A stretch of 64,000 bases of DNA, taken from positions 1 through 64,000 of the forward strand of contig DATMBG010000021.1 in NCBI GenBank assembly GCA_035559535.1. Reading direction: 5' to 3'. Within the stretch, counting starts at the first letter, position 1; every line of letters begins with the position of its first letter. The stretch is from Candidatus Limnocylindrales bacterium (GTDB lineage Bacteria > Moduliflexota > Moduliflexia > Moduliflexales > JAUQPW01). Below the pieces are notes generated by a model, which worked only from the letters and a program-made list of their open reading frames with translations, was not told where the DNA came from and searched no databases. The position numbers were made by a program, and so were the translations under genes. Positions 36,441 through 49,000 of this stretch are shown piece after piece.

Positions 36441-36482
36441 GTTTTACAAACCTGCAAGGTGTAATGAGTACGGAATTAAAAC

Positions 36483-37142
36483 TCATGACCCCTTTAAATG
36501 CAGTCCAATTAAATAGAGTAAGGGAAAGAGAAAAATCCAGATAATATCTACGAAATGCCAGTAAAGTCCTGCCAATTCCACAGGCGTATAGTATTCTGCC
36601 GAAAAGAGGCCCCGGCCGGCCAGAATCAAGAGAATAGTTAATACCCCGACTCCTGCCACCATATGTAAAGCATGAAGACCGGTCATAAAGAAATAAAAGA
36701 CAAAAAAGAGTTCTACATGACCGGCCTCTGGCCCTGGATAACTAAATCCAAAGCCTGGGACCAGATGATCTCTAAACTTATGGCCATATTCCACCAATTT
36801 AATTCCAAGGAAGGTCAGACCAAGGAGAATGGTTAAAATTAGAAATATAACCAGCGATTTACGGTTACTCATCTGGGCACTTCGAACTGCCAGTGCCATG
36901 GTCAGGCTACTGGTGATGAGTACAACGGTATTGATTCCACCCAGGGTGATATCTAGATGATGGCTCCCTTCGGCAAATACCCCGGGATAAATCGTCCTAT
37001 AGACCACATAACCTGTGAACAAGCCTCCGAAGAACATAATTTCTGTTACCAGAAATATCCACATTCCCAAGGAGGAAGCTTCACGCTGTTGTTCTATACT
37101 ATCGAAATGATGTGCCAGTACGGTCGAATGACTCTTAGCCAC
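36483..37142 (-). CDS. ctaE: Cytochrome c oxidase subunit III
   Basis: [38 protein letters not shown]. Confidence 0.95.
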   Translation of the reverse strand: MAKSHSTVLAHHFDSIEQQREASSLGMWIFLVTEIMFFGGLFTGYVVYRTIYPGVFAEGSHHLDITLGGINTVVLITSSLTMALAVRSAQMSNRKSLVIFLILTILLGLTFLGIKLVEYGHKFRDHLVPGFGFSYPGPEAGHVELFFVFYFFMTGLHALHMVAGVGVLTILLILAGRGLFSAEYYTPVELAGLYWHFVDIIWIFLFPLLYLIGLHLKGS

Positions 37143-37224
37143 TGTTAGTTTAGGATCTGTGATCGATTATCTATCCCTTGTCCTTATCCTTCCGGTTGAT
37201 GGACAATCGATCACAGAGAGCAAA

Positions 37225-38874
37225 TTAACCGGATTCGTCATTTATGTTCAGTTTTCCGATAACTTCCATTTCTTCTCGGGGTCTAAATTCATAAGGCTCC
37301 CAGGTTACAACGGGAGTTTCCTTAAAGTTCTCCGTTGGAGGCGGTGAGGGGGTTCGCCATTCCAGACCGGTTGCTGGCCAGGGATTTGAGCTGGCTCGGG
37401 GTCCATATCGCATAGACCAGATGAGATAGATCATAGGAAGTAGATAACCAACCCCAAGGATGGAGGCCCCTGCCGAAGACATAACGTTTAATACCTGGAA
37501 TTCATCGGGATAGGCATAATAACGCCGTGGCATTCCTAAATAGCCCAGAACGAACTGTGGGAAGAAGGTCAGGTTGAACCCAATGAAGATGACCAAGGCC
37601 CCCAACTTGGCCCATCCTTCAGGATACATTCTCCCACTGATTTTAGGCCACCAATAATGTAGCCCACCCAGATAAGCCATGATCGTTCCACCCACCATGA
37701 TATAATGGAAGTGGGCTACCACAAAATAGGTATCCGTTACATGGACATCAATCCCCAGGGAAGCCAGAAACAATCCAGTAACACCCCCTATGGTAAACAG
37801 TCCGATAAATCCAAATGCATAAAGCATTGGAGTTTGATAGGAAATGGAGCCTTTGTAGAGAGTGGCAGTCCAATTGAAGACTTTAATGGCGGAAGGAACG
37901 GCCACAAAGTAAGACAGAAATGAGAAAATCATGGCTCCATAGACAGATAAACCGGCCACAAACATATGGTGAGCCCAAACAAGAAATCCCAATACAGCGA
38001 TAGCAACACTTGCAAAGGCAACAAAGCGATAACCGAAAATATTCTTCCGGGAGAAGGTAGCCACCAGCTCGCTAATCACGCCCATGGCAGGTAAAACCAT
38101 GATATAAACCGCCGGATGGGAGTAAAACCAGAATAGATGTTGGAAGAGTAAGGGATCCCCTCCCAAGGCCGGGTCAAAAATACCTACGCGAAGTATCCGT
38201 TCAACGGCTACCAGCAGGAGGGTAATGGCAACCACCGGCGTTCCTAAAACGATAATGACACTGGTTGCATAGAGCGACCAGATAAACAGCGGCAGGCGGA
38301 ACCAGGTTAAACCCGGAGCCCGCATCCGGTGGATGGTAACAATAAAGTTTAATCCTGTGAAGATGGATGAGAAGCCACTTAAAAATATCCCCAGTATGGT
38401 AACGGCTACGTAAGTTGTCGAATAGCTACTACTGTAAGGGGTATAAAATGTCCAGCCGGTATCCACCCCACCTGCTAAAATCGCCCATATGGCAATAAGT
38501 CCTCCCAGAATAAAGAAATACCAGCTTGCCAAATTCAGGCGAGGGAAAGCCAGGTCCCGGGCCCCGATCATCAGGGGCACGAGAAAATTTCCCAATACGG
38601 CGGGAATAGCAGGAATCAGAAAAAAGAAAATCATGGTTACCCCGTGCATGGTAAACAACTTATTATAAGTTTCTGCCTGGACCAGATCCCCTTGTGGGGT
38701 TAATAGCTCTAGTCGAATTAAGACAGCAAACACCCCCCCCACAAAGAAAAACAGCGTAACCGATACCAAATAAAGTAAGGCGATCCGCTTATGATCTGTG
38801 GTTAGTAACCAGGATTTTATCCCGTAATCTGCATTTAAATAATTCTCTCTCGGTTCAACCCGATCTACAATCAT
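37225..38874 (-). CDS. ctaD: Cytochrome c oxidase subunit I (A2 type)
   Basis: [25 protein letters not shown] (A2 YS motif), WAHHM, VAHFHY, GMPRR. Confidence 0.97.
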   Translation of the reverse strand: MIVDRVEPRENYLNADYGIKSWLLTTDHKRIALLYLVSVTLFFFVGGVFAVLIRLELLTPQGDLVQAETYNKLFTMHGVTMIFFFLIPAIPAVLGNFLVPLMIGARDLAFPRLNLASWYFFILGGLIAIWAILAGGVDTGWTFYTPYSSSYSTTYVAVTILGIFLSGFSSIFTGLNFIVTIHRMRAPGLTWFRLPLFIWSLYATSVIIVLGTPVVAITLLLVAVERILRVGIFDPALGGDPLLFQHLFWFYSHPAVYIMVLPAMGVISELVATFSRKNIFGYRFVAFASVAIAVLGFLVWAHHMFVAGLSVYGAMIFSFLSYFVAVPSAIKVFNWTATLYKGSISYQTPMLYAFGFIGLFTIGGVTGLFLASLGIDVHVTDTYFVVAHFHYIMVGGTIMAYLGGLHYWWPKISGRMYPEGWAKLGALVIFIGFNLTFFPQFVLGYLGMPRRYYAYPDEFQVLNVMSSAGASILGVGYLLPMIYLIWSMRYGPRASSNPWPATGLEWRTPSPPPTENFKETPVVTWEPYEFRPREEMEVIGKLNINDESG

Positions 38875-39024
38875 AATTTAAGGACCACGAAGAGCGGAGG
38901 AGTATGGAAGTATGGGAGTGTGGGGGTATTTACTACCATACCCCCCATACTCCCACACTCCCATACTTTTAGCGTCCTTCATGGATAAACCAAGAATAAC
39001 TTAAGAAAAAATGCAAAGGTATCA

Positions 39025-40104
39025 TCATTTAAGAGACTTGATATAAGCGATGAGCTGGATCAATTCTTCTTCACTTAGCCGGCCTTCATAAGGGGGCATA
39101 ATAGGCTGAAAGCCTGCAACAATTTTAGCTTGCGGATGAAGAATCGATTCACGCAAATAATTTTCATCTGCAACCACCGTTTCTCCATTTTGTAAAGCAA
39201 TGGATTTACCGAATATTCCTACCAGATTGGGTCCTCGTCCCTGGGTACCCAGTCGATGGCAGGTTATACAACCTAAATCTCGAAATAGCTTCTCTCCGGC
39301 TGATGCAAGGGAGCCTTCAGCAGCACCGGTACCTGGAGCTTCTGCTAAAGGTGCTGCAGATCCTGGAGCCATACCCGTTGTCACCCCAGCAGGGGAGGTA
39401 GACCCCTGTGGGGTACCTGAAGTTGGAGCTTCCCCCGTCATTACGGGGGAAGGGGTAAGGGCACCTGCCTGTTGTATCACGTTTCCACTTAACCAAGCCT
39501 GGTATTGTGCGGGTTCCATAACGATTACGCGACCTATCATACCGGAATGCTGAGTCCCACAATATTCAGCGCAAAATAAATGATAGGTTCCAGGTTTGGT
39601 TGCCTGGAACCAAAGGGTTGTATAGCGCCCGGGAATCACATCCCCTTTGACACGAAAAGCAGGTACAAAGACGTCATGAATGACATCTTGGGAAGACATG
39701 ATCAGCTTAATGGGACGATCTACCGGTATATGGAGTTCATTAATTTCCCTTTGTCCTCCAGAATGTTGAAATTTCCACATCCACTGTTTACCGATAACAT
39801 AAATATCTAAGGCATCCTCTGGAGGGTGGGCCAGGGTAGAATAGATACTGGCTCCCCAAAAAAACATAACCATGAAAAGGCCGAAGGTAAATACCGTCCA
39901 TAGTATTTCCAGAGGTAAAGAACCTTCTACGGGCCTTGGCCTTTCAGCTTCCGACCGACGATGATACTTGATAGCAAAGTAAATAATCAGGAGAACAACC
40001 AGCAGAGATAAAAAACCGGTGATGATTAGCAGGAAATAGAAAAGCGCATCCACACGTCCGGCAATGGTAGATGCTTGCTCGGGAAATAAGGGAAGTTGTT
40101 TCAT
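39025..40104 (-). CDS. ctaC: Cytochrome c oxidase subunit II with C-terminal cytochrome c (caa3 type)
   Basis: QWMW, DVIH, CAEYCGTQHSGM CuA site, CITCH heme motif. Confidence 0.96.
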   Translation of the reverse strand: MKQLPLFPEQASTIAGRVDALFYFLLIITGFLSLLVVLLIIYFAIKYHRRSEAERPRPVEGSLPLEILWTVFTFGLFMVMFFWGASIYSTLAHPPEDALDIYVIGKQWMWKFQHSGGQREINELHIPVDRPIKLIMSSQDVIHDVFVPAFRVKGDVIPGRYTTLWFQATKPGTYHLFCAEYCGTQHSGMIGRVIVMEPAQYQAWLSGNVIQQAGALTPSPVMTGEAPTSGTPQGSTSPAGVTTGMAPGSAAPLAEAPGTGAAEGSLASAGEKLFRDLGCITCHRLGTQGRGPNLVGIFGKSIALQNGETVVADENYLRESILHPQAKIVAGFQPIMPPYEGRLSEEELIQLIAYIKSLK

Positions 40105-40111
40105 CTATCTT

Positions 40112-40951
40112 TTAGGGTCCCTCCTTGGTCCTCTGCAAGGAATCATCCTGCAAAGGATAAGAAACAGAAGACCAATTACGATCCCGTCGCCACATGACAA
40201 ACATAAAAATCCCCAGAGCCAGAACCGTCAGGATACCTCCCAAGCGCACAAGACTTAAAACCGTAGCACTATACTTTCCAGTCGTAGGATCATAGTGGTA
40301 ACAGAGTAGCATCACCTGATCGACCAGGGAACCGATTTTGTTTGCTGAAGCCTCTACGAGACCAAGGCGTAGGTCTCTGGGTGCAAATTCTACTCCAAAG
40401 AAGTAGCGGGCAATCTTTCCCTGAGGGGTTAATAGAATGATGCCGCTGGCATGGGCATATTCATCCCGCTTTGCATCGTAAGTATAATGAAACCCCACGA
40501 CCTGTGTTAAACGTTCAATGGATGCTTCTTCCCCCGTCAGGAAGTGCCAGCCTTCGGTTGCTCCAGAACGGGCATATCTTCGAAGGTATTCTTCTTTTTT
40601 GGTTGCGGCGATCTCCGGGGTATCTTTAGGATCAAAGCTTACCGTAATTACCGAAAAATGCTCCCCAACGTTAAGAGAGAGCACGCGAAGACTACTTATA
40701 AGTCCTTCCAGAACCGTGGGACAAAGCAGGGAACACCTGTAATAACTCAATACCAGGATGAGGGGTTTGTTACCAAAGTAATTCCCCAATTGAATCAACC
40801 GTCCCGTTTCATCTCGAAATACCAGATCCCCAGGTACCTGCTCGTTCAATCTCTGATCGATACGGAGGTCACCGGGTGATAGAGATTTTTCCTGATGAGC
40901 CTGCACCGGAACGGCTACTAAAAGACAAAACATAAAAATTACCCACTTCAT
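40112..40951 (-). CDS. SCO1/SenC copper chaperone
   Basis: YYRCSLLCP CxxxC, SFDP, WHFLTG, YAHAS, LLCYHYDP. Confidence 0.93.
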   Translation of the reverse strand: MKWVIFMFCLLVAVPVQAHQEKSLSPGDLRIDQRLNEQVPGDLVFRDETGRLIQLGNYFGNKPLILVLSYYRCSLLCPTVLEGLISSLRVLSLNVGEHFSVITVSFDPKDTPEIAATKKEEYLRRYARSGATEGWHFLTGEEASIERLTQVVGFHYTYDAKRDEYAHASGIILLTPQGKIARYFFGVEFAPRDLRLGLVEASANKIGSLVDQVMLLCYHYDPTTGKYSATVLSLVRLGGILTVLALGIFMFVMWRRDRNWSSVSYPLQDDSLQRTKEGP

Positions 40952-41850
40952 TTTTCTTTACTCCCCAAGGATTTAATGTATGCGACAAGTTTTGATACCT
41001 CCTCGTCACTAAGTTTACCTTCATAGGGAGGCATAATAGGGGGAAAGCCGGCAACGACCTTTGCCATTGGATTGAGGATCGATTCACGGATATACGCTTC
41101 ATCAGCTATGACCGTTTCCCCGTTTTGTAACTGCACAGGCTTACCAAACACTCCCGCAAGATCCGGCCCACGGCCCCGGGAGCCAATTTTATGACAAACA
41201 TTGCAACCTGTTTCCTGAAAGAGTTTTTCCCCTTCTGATGCCAGGGATTTTAAAGAAGGTTCTCCAGACGGCCCAGGTTTCTCAACTGTCGGTGCAGCCA
41301 CCAATCCAGGAACCTGCTGAATACCGGGAAGTTTCAGGGGAGCGCGATAAGGTTCTCCTCGAATGGTTCGACCCGAGCTGGAGTCCTCCACCAACTCATA
41401 GGAAAAAAACTCCTGTGAAGATGTATTTTCTTGGCCCTGTGTCCCGTCCCTGGATCTTACCGGCAGACCTTTTTCGGCTATCAATTTCATGGCCTGCTCA
41501 ATGGGAATTCGGACCGTATTCGTTTTTTGATCAACCCAACCATAGCTATGAAGTAGGGCATCTTCCGATGCACGCATTTCTTTCATATCCCGGGCCGGAG
41601 AAACCTGTAATCGAGGCTCTGGAGGAAGCTCTTTCTGGGGACGGGAAACCGTTGGCACCCGGGGCTGGGTCTGCTTCTGATCACGGGCGGAAAAATAGTC
41701 AAATAGCCACCAGAGTAAAAGATGAGCCACAACGGCAAGAACAATGAGTCCCACCCCAAAGATGAAAATCCCCCGAACATTTACATCGCTATGCTCATGG
41801 CTCACCTGGGGATTCTCTTTATCGGTGGTACGAAGGCTTGTCTTCTCCAT
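40948..41850 (-). CDS. actG: ActG-like ACIII subunit fused to a C-terminal monoheme cytochrome c
   Basis: HEHSDV + one TM + PPEPRLQ + YGWVD + RIPIEQAM (ActG-like), then a CNVCH cytochrome c domain. Confidence 0.8.
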   Translation of the reverse strand: MEKTSLRTTDKENPQVSHEHSDVNVRGIFIFGVGLIVLAVVAHLLLWWLFDYFSARDQKQTQPRVPTVSRPQKELPPEPRLQVSPARDMKEMRASEDALLHSYGWVDQKTNTVRIPIEQAMKLIAEKGLPVRSRDGTQGQENTSSQEFFSYELVEDSSSGRTIRGEPYRAPLKLPGIQQVPGLVAAPTVEKPGPSGEPSLKSLASEGEKLFQETGCNVCHKIGSRGRGPDLAGVFGKPVQLQNGETVIADEAYIRESILNPMAKVVAGFPPIMPPYEGKLSDEEVSKLVAYIKSLGSKEK

Positions 41851-41925
41851 TTAAATATAAAAATACTCCTTCAGGAGTCAGGAGCCAGGGATTATGTTAG
41901 CTTCTGACCCCGTTTTTTCCTACAT

Positions 41926-43161
41926 TCAATGTTTACTTCCAGTCGAGCTAAAGGCTTCTTCTAAATAGGGATCATAAAGAGGTAATAAAGGTCGACTCTT
42001 CAATTGTTGGATAAACTGCGCCAACCAAACACCCCCCACTCCTATGGGGGCCAGGATATCCATCACGTGAACATGCAGATAAGAAACGACCCCTGTTTCC
42101 ATTTGGGCGGCAGGGGCTATCATCCAGAATAAATCGACCAGGCGCATCAAAAGCATCCAGACGGCTATGATGGCAAGCACACGCCGGTTGCGTTTTATAG
42201 GTCTCGATAGGAGCAACAAGAATGGCAAGGCAAAGTGAAAGAGAATAACAAATAAGCCTATCCACTTCCAGCCACCCTCCATTCGACGCAGGTACCAGGG
42301 AGTCTCTTCGGGGAGGTTACCCGACCATATGATAAGGAATTGAGAAAATGCGAAATAAGCCCAAAGCATTACAAAAGCCAGTAGCAGCTTACCGAGATCA
42401 TGGAAATGGGTTGGTGAGATAACATAGCGTAGGGGCCGTGCATATAAGGGGTCGGGGACTCCGGACTCCGTACGATCTGTCAGCAAAACTGCAACAACAA
42501 TTGCAAATGAAAGAGCCGAGATTCCCTGCCCTCCCATAAACATAATTCCAAAGATGGTGGATAACCAATGGGGTTCCAGGGACATCACCCAATCAATCGA
42601 GGCAAAGGTAACGGTTAAGCCATAGATTACCAATCCAGGACCGCTAAGTAATCGAAACCGTCTCAACTTGGCGTACTCTACATGTTCAGGAAGACGGTGA
42701 TCCGCCATCTGATCCTGCTCCAAAGACCACTTGTTCAAGAAGTGGGAGACGCTCAACCATGCCACAAAGTAAAGGGCTGCCCGAACCAGAAAGAATGGAA
42801 TATTTAAGTAAACACTTTTATGCTGGAGGATAACATCCTTGACAACCTCTTCTGGACGTGCCCAGGGGTATAAGTAACGAAGACCCAACACAAGGGGTAG
42901 AAACAGAAGTACCAGGAGTGGGAATGTTCGGGTTGCGGCTTCGAGTAGGCGTCGGATGACCAATCCCCATACTCCACCCGACAGGTATTGCACCATTAAC
43001 AGGGCAAAAGAGCCAAGGGCAATTCCAATCCAGAACATATAAGCCAACAGGTACGAATGAAAAAACTGTCCGGGATTGAAGAACGCCCATATAATACAAA
43101 GTGCCAGGCCTACCACTCCAATCTTGAAAGATCGCTGCTGTATCTGATCCAGGTCTTGCAT
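41926..43161 (-). CDS. actF: Alternative complex III subunit F
   Basis: Multi-TM; DWVMSLEPHW.STIFG, HDLGKLL, SQFLIIW.GNLPEE. Confidence 0.93.
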   Translation of the reverse strand: MQDLDQIQQRSFKIGVVGLALCIIWAFFNPGQFFHSYLLAYMFWIGIALGSFALLMVQYLSGGVWGLVIRRLLEAATRTFPLLVLLFLPLVLGLRYLYPWARPEEVVKDVILQHKSVYLNIPFFLVRAALYFVAWLSVSHFLNKWSLEQDQMADHRLPEHVEYAKLRRFRLLSGPGLVIYGLTVTFASIDWVMSLEPHWLSTIFGIMFMGGQGISALSFAIVVAVLLTDRTESGVPDPLYARPLRYVISPTHFHDLGKLLLAFVMLWAYFAFSQFLIIWSGNLPEETPWYLRRMEGGWKWIGLFVILFHFALPFLLLLSRPIKRNRRVLAIIAVWMLLMRLVDLFWMIAPAAQMETGVVSYLHVHVMDILAPIGVGGVWLAQFIQQLKSRPLLPLYDPYLEEAFSSTGSKH

Positions 43162-43271
43162 GGGTAAACTATTTAGATTTATTTAAAGTGAACGGAGAGT
43201 GTCTAAAGTTAAAAGAACCCAATCCTGGAGGTTCCTTTGACTTCGGGTATGTATCCTTTAGACACTTTAGT

Positions 43272-43928
43272 TCATCTGCTGAGTTTGGCACGCTCCTCCG
43301 CCGGTATATCTTCAAGTCTAGCATGCTGACTGAGCTGTAGTGCACGAATATAGGCAATAATGGCCCATCGATCCCGGGGTGGGATTTGGGTCGCATAATC
43401 CGGCATAGCTCCGAAGCCGTTGGTAATAACATCAAAGAAATAACCAACCGGAGCTTCTCGCAATCGATCTTGATGAAACGAAGGGGGAGGGGTATAACCC
43501 CTGCGTACAATCATCCCATTTCCACTCCCTGTACGATCATGACAGGGGGAGCAGAAAATATTATACCGCTCCTGCCCACGTTCTAATACCGTCCAGGTTA
43601 CCGGGAATGGAAAAGTGTTGGTAAAGTCCTTACCGGATTTACCGGTATAGAATTCTGTATCCTCCCGGAGATAACCCCGGGCTACAGTACCGGGTGGAAG
43701 AGGCCGTGCAGATTGACCATCGGCAAAAAATGTACTTGCCTCAAAGGGGTCATATCTGGGTTGCTCGGCCATATCTTGACGACAACCCACGATCAAAAAA
43801 GCAAAAAGCAACAGGCAAAGGATAAACATCCAACGATTATCCAGGGATCCTGAAAACCCGTAAAATATTTCATTCCAGAATCGTATTTCTGTCTTCGGTT
43901 TTTGACCTTTTAGCTTTTGACTTCTCAT
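43272..43928 (-). CDS. actE: Alternative complex III subunit E (monoheme cytochrome c lipoprotein)
   Basis: VGCRQDM..QP lipobox, [23 protein letters not shown]; true start may be downstream (about 43829). Confidence 0.93.
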   Translation of the reverse strand: MRSQKLKGQKPKTEIRFWNEIFYGFSGSLDNRWMFILCLLLFAFLIVGCRQDMAEQPRYDPFEASTFFADGQSARPLPPGTVARGYLREDTEFYTGKSGKDFTNTFPFPVTWTVLERGQERYNIFCSPCHDRTGSGNGMIVRRGYTPPPSFHQDRLREAPVGYFFDVITNGFGAMPDYATQIPPRDRWAIIAYIRALQLSQHARLEDIPAEERAKLSR

Positions 43929-43933
43929 CCTGA

Positions 43934-44473
43934 TTAATGCTCCACCTCATAGACCACACGGGGTGCCAGCCTTTCCAGGAAGTACCTGGTCGTTTCTGGA
44001 TCAAAACGGGGGTCTGTAGCTTCAATACACAGGAAGAATCGATCTCGTGTTGCAAGGGCGAAACGAGGTACATTAAAAACGGGATGGTAGGGCATGGGAA
44101 GACCGTTCAAGGCCAACATACCCAACACCGCAAACAGAGATGCCACGAGAATCGTACACTCAAAAGTAACCGGGATGAAAGCTGGCCAGCTATTTAGAGG
44201 ACGTCCCCCGATATTGAGGGGATAATCTATCACGGCGGTATAATACTGCAAAAAATATCCTCCCACACACCCTATCAAACCTCCTATGAGCACGATAAGT
44301 GGAAGACGGGTTTGACGGAAACCCAGGGCTTCCGTTAATTCCTCAATGGGAAAGGGAGTATAAGCATCCATCTTCCGATAGCCTTCTTCATAAGCCTTAC
44401 GGGCTGCAGCGACCAGATCACTTGGATTCTCAAATTCGGCCATTAAACCATATATCGGAGGCCTTCCATCCAT
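43934..44473 (-). CDS. actD: Alternative complex III subunit D (DUF3341)
   Basis: [29 protein letters not shown]; start ATG 44473. Confidence 0.93.
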   Translation of the reverse strand: MDGRPPIYGLMAEFENPSDLVAAARKAYEEGYRKMDAYTPFPIEELTEALGFRQTRLPLIVLIGGLIGCVGGYFLQYYTAVIDYPLNIGGRPLNSWPAFIPVTFECTILVASLFAVLGMLALNGLPMPYHPVFNVPRFALATRDRFFLCIEATDPRFDPETTRYFLERLAPRVVYEVEH

Positions 44474-44554
44474 CAAAATGAAAGAGATCCAGGAAATTAG
44501 AAGCAAGGAAGCCTGAAATCTTGCTTCTAGCTTCTGGTATCTGACTTTGAATTT

Positions 44555-45979
44555 TCAATCTTCTATATAATCAACCAATTCCCTGACTTCCGCCTGAGGT
44601 AAAATCGTCCGCATTTCAAAGATGGAAATCATGGGAAGGAAGCGAATAAACAAGAACAGCAGAGCAAGGAACAGACCGATTGTACCCACAAACATAGACC
44701 AATCAAACAGGGTTGGAACATACATATTCCACGAGGAGGGAAGAAAATCCCGATGTAGACTGACGACGATGATAACAAAACGCTCTAACCACATCCCGAC
44801 ATTGACGATCAAAGCGATTACAAAAAGGGCCGGTACACTCGTTCGTACCCGTTTGAACCAAAGTACCTGGGGGATTAAAACATTACACAGTATTAAGGCC
44901 CAATAAAGAGGGGCATAGGGTCCCTGCATCCGATTCAGAATCATATATCTCTCGTAAGGATTCACACTATACCAGGCCATGAAGGCTTCCATCATGTATC
45001 CATAGGCTACAATAAGGCCTGTGACCAGGATAATCTTGGCCATATTTTCCAGATGCCTCATGGTAATAAAATCTTCCAGTTTATAAACTGCCCGGATCGG
45101 AATCGCAAGGGTCATCACCATGGCAAAACCGGAATAAATGGCCCCGGCCACAAAATAAGGAGGAAAGATGGTAGCATGCCATCCGGGCACGATCCCCACG
45201 GCAAAATCAAAACTTACGACGGTGTGAACTGAAACCACCAAAGGAGTTGCCAATCCTGCAAGTAACAGATAAGCCGTCTCATAGCGGTGCCAATGTTTCG
45301 CCGAACCGCGCCATCCCATTGCCAGGATTCCGTAAATAATACGACCCAATCGACTTTGCGATCGATCTCTCAAAGTGGCTAAATCAGGAATCAATCCCAC
45401 AAACCAAAACAAGAGGGAAACGGTACCGTAAGTCGAGATTGCAAAGACATCCCAGACAAGGGGACTGCGGAACTGGGGCCAGAGCCCCATGGTATTGGGA
45501 TAAGGAAGCAGCCAGTAGTCAAACCACGGTCGCCCGGTATGAAAAGCCGGATATAATCCTGCACAAGCCACTGCAAACAAAGTCATGGCCTCTGCAAACC
45601 GGTTGATCGAAGTTCGCCATTTTTGACGTAAAAGCAGCAGAATGGCCGAGATTAGGGTCCCAGCATGCCCGATCCCAATCCACCAGACAAAATTAAGAAT
45701 ATCAAACCCCCATCCCACCGGGATATTGACGCCCCAAATCCCAACCCCAACCACCAGCAGGTAACCGATAGTATATAACAACATCAGGGTTAACAGGAAG
45801 GTTATCCCAAAACCTACAAACCATCCCCAGGGAGTCTTGCGAGTCAGTACGATGGAACTGATTTTATCGGTGATCGACTCGAAGGTGTGTCCCGGCTCGA
45901 TGACCGGAGAAAGGCCCGGCTGACGAACGGATCCTATTTCCTTGGTTCTAGTCGTTTCGTGTGGAAGTTCCGATTTCAT
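44555..45979 (-). CDS. actC: Alternative complex III subunit C (NrfD/PsrC family)
   Basis: [44 protein letters not shown]. Confidence 0.96.
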   Translation of the reverse strand: MKSELPHETTRTKEIGSVRQPGLSPVIEPGHTFESITDKISSIVLTRKTPWGWFVGFGITFLLTLMLLYTIGYLLVVGVGIWGVNIPVGWGFDILNFVWWIGIGHAGTLISAILLLLRQKWRTSINRFAEAMTLFAVACAGLYPAFHTGRPWFDYWLLPYPNTMGLWPQFRSPLVWDVFAISTYGTVSLLFWFVGLIPDLATLRDRSQSRLGRIIYGILAMGWRGSAKHWHRYETAYLLLAGLATPLVVSVHTVVSFDFAVGIVPGWHATIFPPYFVAGAIYSGFAMVMTLAIPIRAVYKLEDFITMRHLENMAKIILVTGLIVAYGYMMEAFMAWYSVNPYERYMILNRMQGPYAPLYWALILCNVLIPQVLWFKRVRTSVPALFVIALIVNVGMWLERFVIIVVSLHRDFLPSSWNMYVPTLFDWSMFVGTIGLFLALLFLFIRFLPMISIFEMRTILPQAEVRELVDYIED

Positions 45980-46049
45980 GGATACCCAGTTCAGAGAGGA
46001 TAAGGCGTTAAGTAGACAGGCGTTCCTTCTATACCCCGCTCCTTACCTC

Positions 46050-49000
46050 TTACCCTCTATTATTTTCGGTCATTTCAGGGTTAGGATTACGAATCACCGC
46101 CAGATAAGTAGTCCGCGGTTTTGTATTCAATTCTGCGAGTAATCCATAGTTACGAGGTTCGGCCTTGAGCTTTGAAACGCGGCTGTTGGGATCGTTAATA
46201 TTACCAAAGACAATAGCATCGGCCGGGCATACAGCCTGACAGGCTGTTAAAATCTCCCCATCACGGATCTGCCGACCTTCCTTTTCCGCTTCAATCCGAG
46301 CTGCATTGATTCGCTGAACACAATAGGTACATTTCTCCATAACTCCCCGGCTTCGGACCGTTACATCGGGATTTCTTAACAATTTAAGGCTTGGGGTATT
46401 CCAGTCTGAATACTGGAGGAAATTAAAACGGCGGACCTTATAAGGGCAGTTATTGGAGCAATAACGGGTACCTACACACCGATTATATACCATATCGTTC
46501 AACCCTTCTGCGCTATGGGAGGTAGCTGCAACGGGACAAACCACTTCACAAGGAGCCTTCTCACACTGCATACACAAGACGGGTTGATAGTAGGTTTCCG
46601 GATTATCCAGCCCTCCGGCGTAATAGCGATCAATGCGCAGCCAATGCATCTCACGGCTCTTCATGACCTGATCCTTACCGACGATGGGAATATTATTCTC
46701 GGACTGGCAGGCGATAATGCAGGCATTACAGCCTACACAGGCACTTAAATCGATGGCCATGCCCCAGGCATATCCTTTATATTCGTATTCAGGATATAAG
46801 GAAGGATAGGGGCCGGCTTCAGATTCCCCTTCATGTACAAAATTGGGATTTTCCCGGTATTGCTCCAAACTGGCCGAGCGAACCAGATTACGGCCCTCCA
46901 TACTATGGTGCATCTGGGTACAGGCCAAGGGATACTTCTGGCCTGTTTTTTGAATTTCCAGTCCGGAACCAAACCAGGGTCCGTCAGAGGTACGAAGGAC
47001 ATAGGCATTGAATCCCTGGCCTGTTCCGACCCGACCTGCACGGGTCCGACCATATCCTAAATGCACCGTAACCGAATGATCCGCGTGACCCGGCATAATC
47101 CAGACCGGGGCACTCACCACACGCCCCCGATAAATCAGTTTAACCACGTCCTCATTGGAAAGACCCAGGCGTTCGGCGGTAGCTGGACTGATGAGCGCGG
47201 CATTATCCCAGGTAAGTTTGGTCAGCGGCTTTGGTAATTCTTGAAGCCAGCCGTTGTTCGCGAATCGACCATCCCAGATACAGGGGTCCGGTTGAAACAC
47301 AATTTCTAAAGAGGGAGAACCGATTCCCGGGCCTTCGGGTTTTTGTAATTCTATAGCTCTTTGTACCCAATCCGGTTTTAAGGATACCGATTTAGGTGGA
47401 AGCGCCGTATCGGGGATAAATCCGGCATTCAGTACGGTACGCCAGAACTGTTCAAAGTCACCGGAAATCTTCCGGCTTTTCCAATAATCCCGAACGATAT
47501 CGTAGCTGGTCTGCTCTGGCTTATCGGTAAATGCGGCTAATACTTCATGGGCAGTCTTTCCCCCATAAAGAGGTGCAATCAAGGGTTGAAGGATGGTAAT
47601 GGTCCCGTCGTAGGCCCGGGTATCACTCCAGGATTCCAGATAATGGGCTTCGGGAATATGCCAATGACACAGGACCGAAGTTTCATCTTCATACAGGCTC
47701 AGATGAACACTGAATCCTACTTTTGCCAGACGCTCACCAAACGGAAGATCTGCCGGGGCAGTATAAGCCGGGTTGCCTCCTAGAATTACAAGTACATCCA
47801 CAAGGCCCTGATCCATATCCTGGACCAATTCCCGGAGCGAAGCCATTTGATCCACCGGATTGGCTTCTACCGGATCTGTATAAACCACCGTATTCCCCAC
47901 GTTACCCAGGGCATGGTTCATAGCGTGGGCCAGGGCATGAACCAGGGGAGGTTGTTCCGGGCCAACTAAAATTAAACTGGTTCCCCGATGTTGCTGAAGA
48001 TCCCGTACAAGGGCACCTATCCATTGGGCAGGGATAATGGGCGGAGTGATCGACTGATTGCCCAGGGCTCCTATCTCAACACCCAGGGCTACGGCAACGG
48101 CCCGTGCAAAACCCTCAATTTCATCGGCCCGTAGCGGAAGTCGGTGATCGGCTACAGCCCCGGTATTGGAAGGCGTACACTCCACCACATACAAACGGTT
48201 CATTTTACCCTCACCCATCTGCATCCGCCGTTTGGTAACGAAATCCCGAGTATATCGCAGGCTTCCGGGCCCCCATGTCAAAAAGTCCGACCCCAGAGCC
48301 AGGACGATTTCCGCTTTGTCAAAACGATATTGAGTTTCGACATACTCCCCAAATGCCAGCTTAGCCCCTGCCCGGACATTATCCCGTCCCACAGGCTCAT
48401 ATTGATGCCATTTTGCCGATGGGAACATCGTCAACACACCTTGCAGTTGATGGGCCAGGGTTGGTGAGGTAACGGTTTCGGTCAATATCCGCAGGCGAGT
48501 CCCTCGGGTTTTACGCTGCTCCGCCAACACCTTACGAAACTCCGCCAGGAAAACCTCCCAGGGTCGAATATCCCCTCGATAGGTCACGGTCTCTGAGCGA
48601 TCGGGATCATAGAGTGTCAGGACGGAAGCCTGGGCAAACACATCGGTTGCTCCCAGGCTGGCAGGGTGATCTGGGTTTCCTTCTATTTTGGTCGGACGTC
48701 CCATATGGCTTTCAACCAATAGACCCGTAGCAAAACCGCCCAGGGACATGGCCGTAGCGAAAAACAAAGGCTTACCGGGCACAATTTCTTCGGGGGGCCG
48801 GACATAGGGTACAATCTTTTCATCGGGTGGACGTGCGCAGGCGTTTAAACCAGCAAGGGCTAAAGAGGCCCCCATTAGCCTCAAAAATTGACGACGACTG
48901 ACCGGGTCTGGCCATTCTGCCGCCTGCTGCGGAAATTCACGATGGAGGAATTCCTGAAAATCTTCGGTTTCGGCCAGTTCTTCCAGGCTCCGCCAATAGA

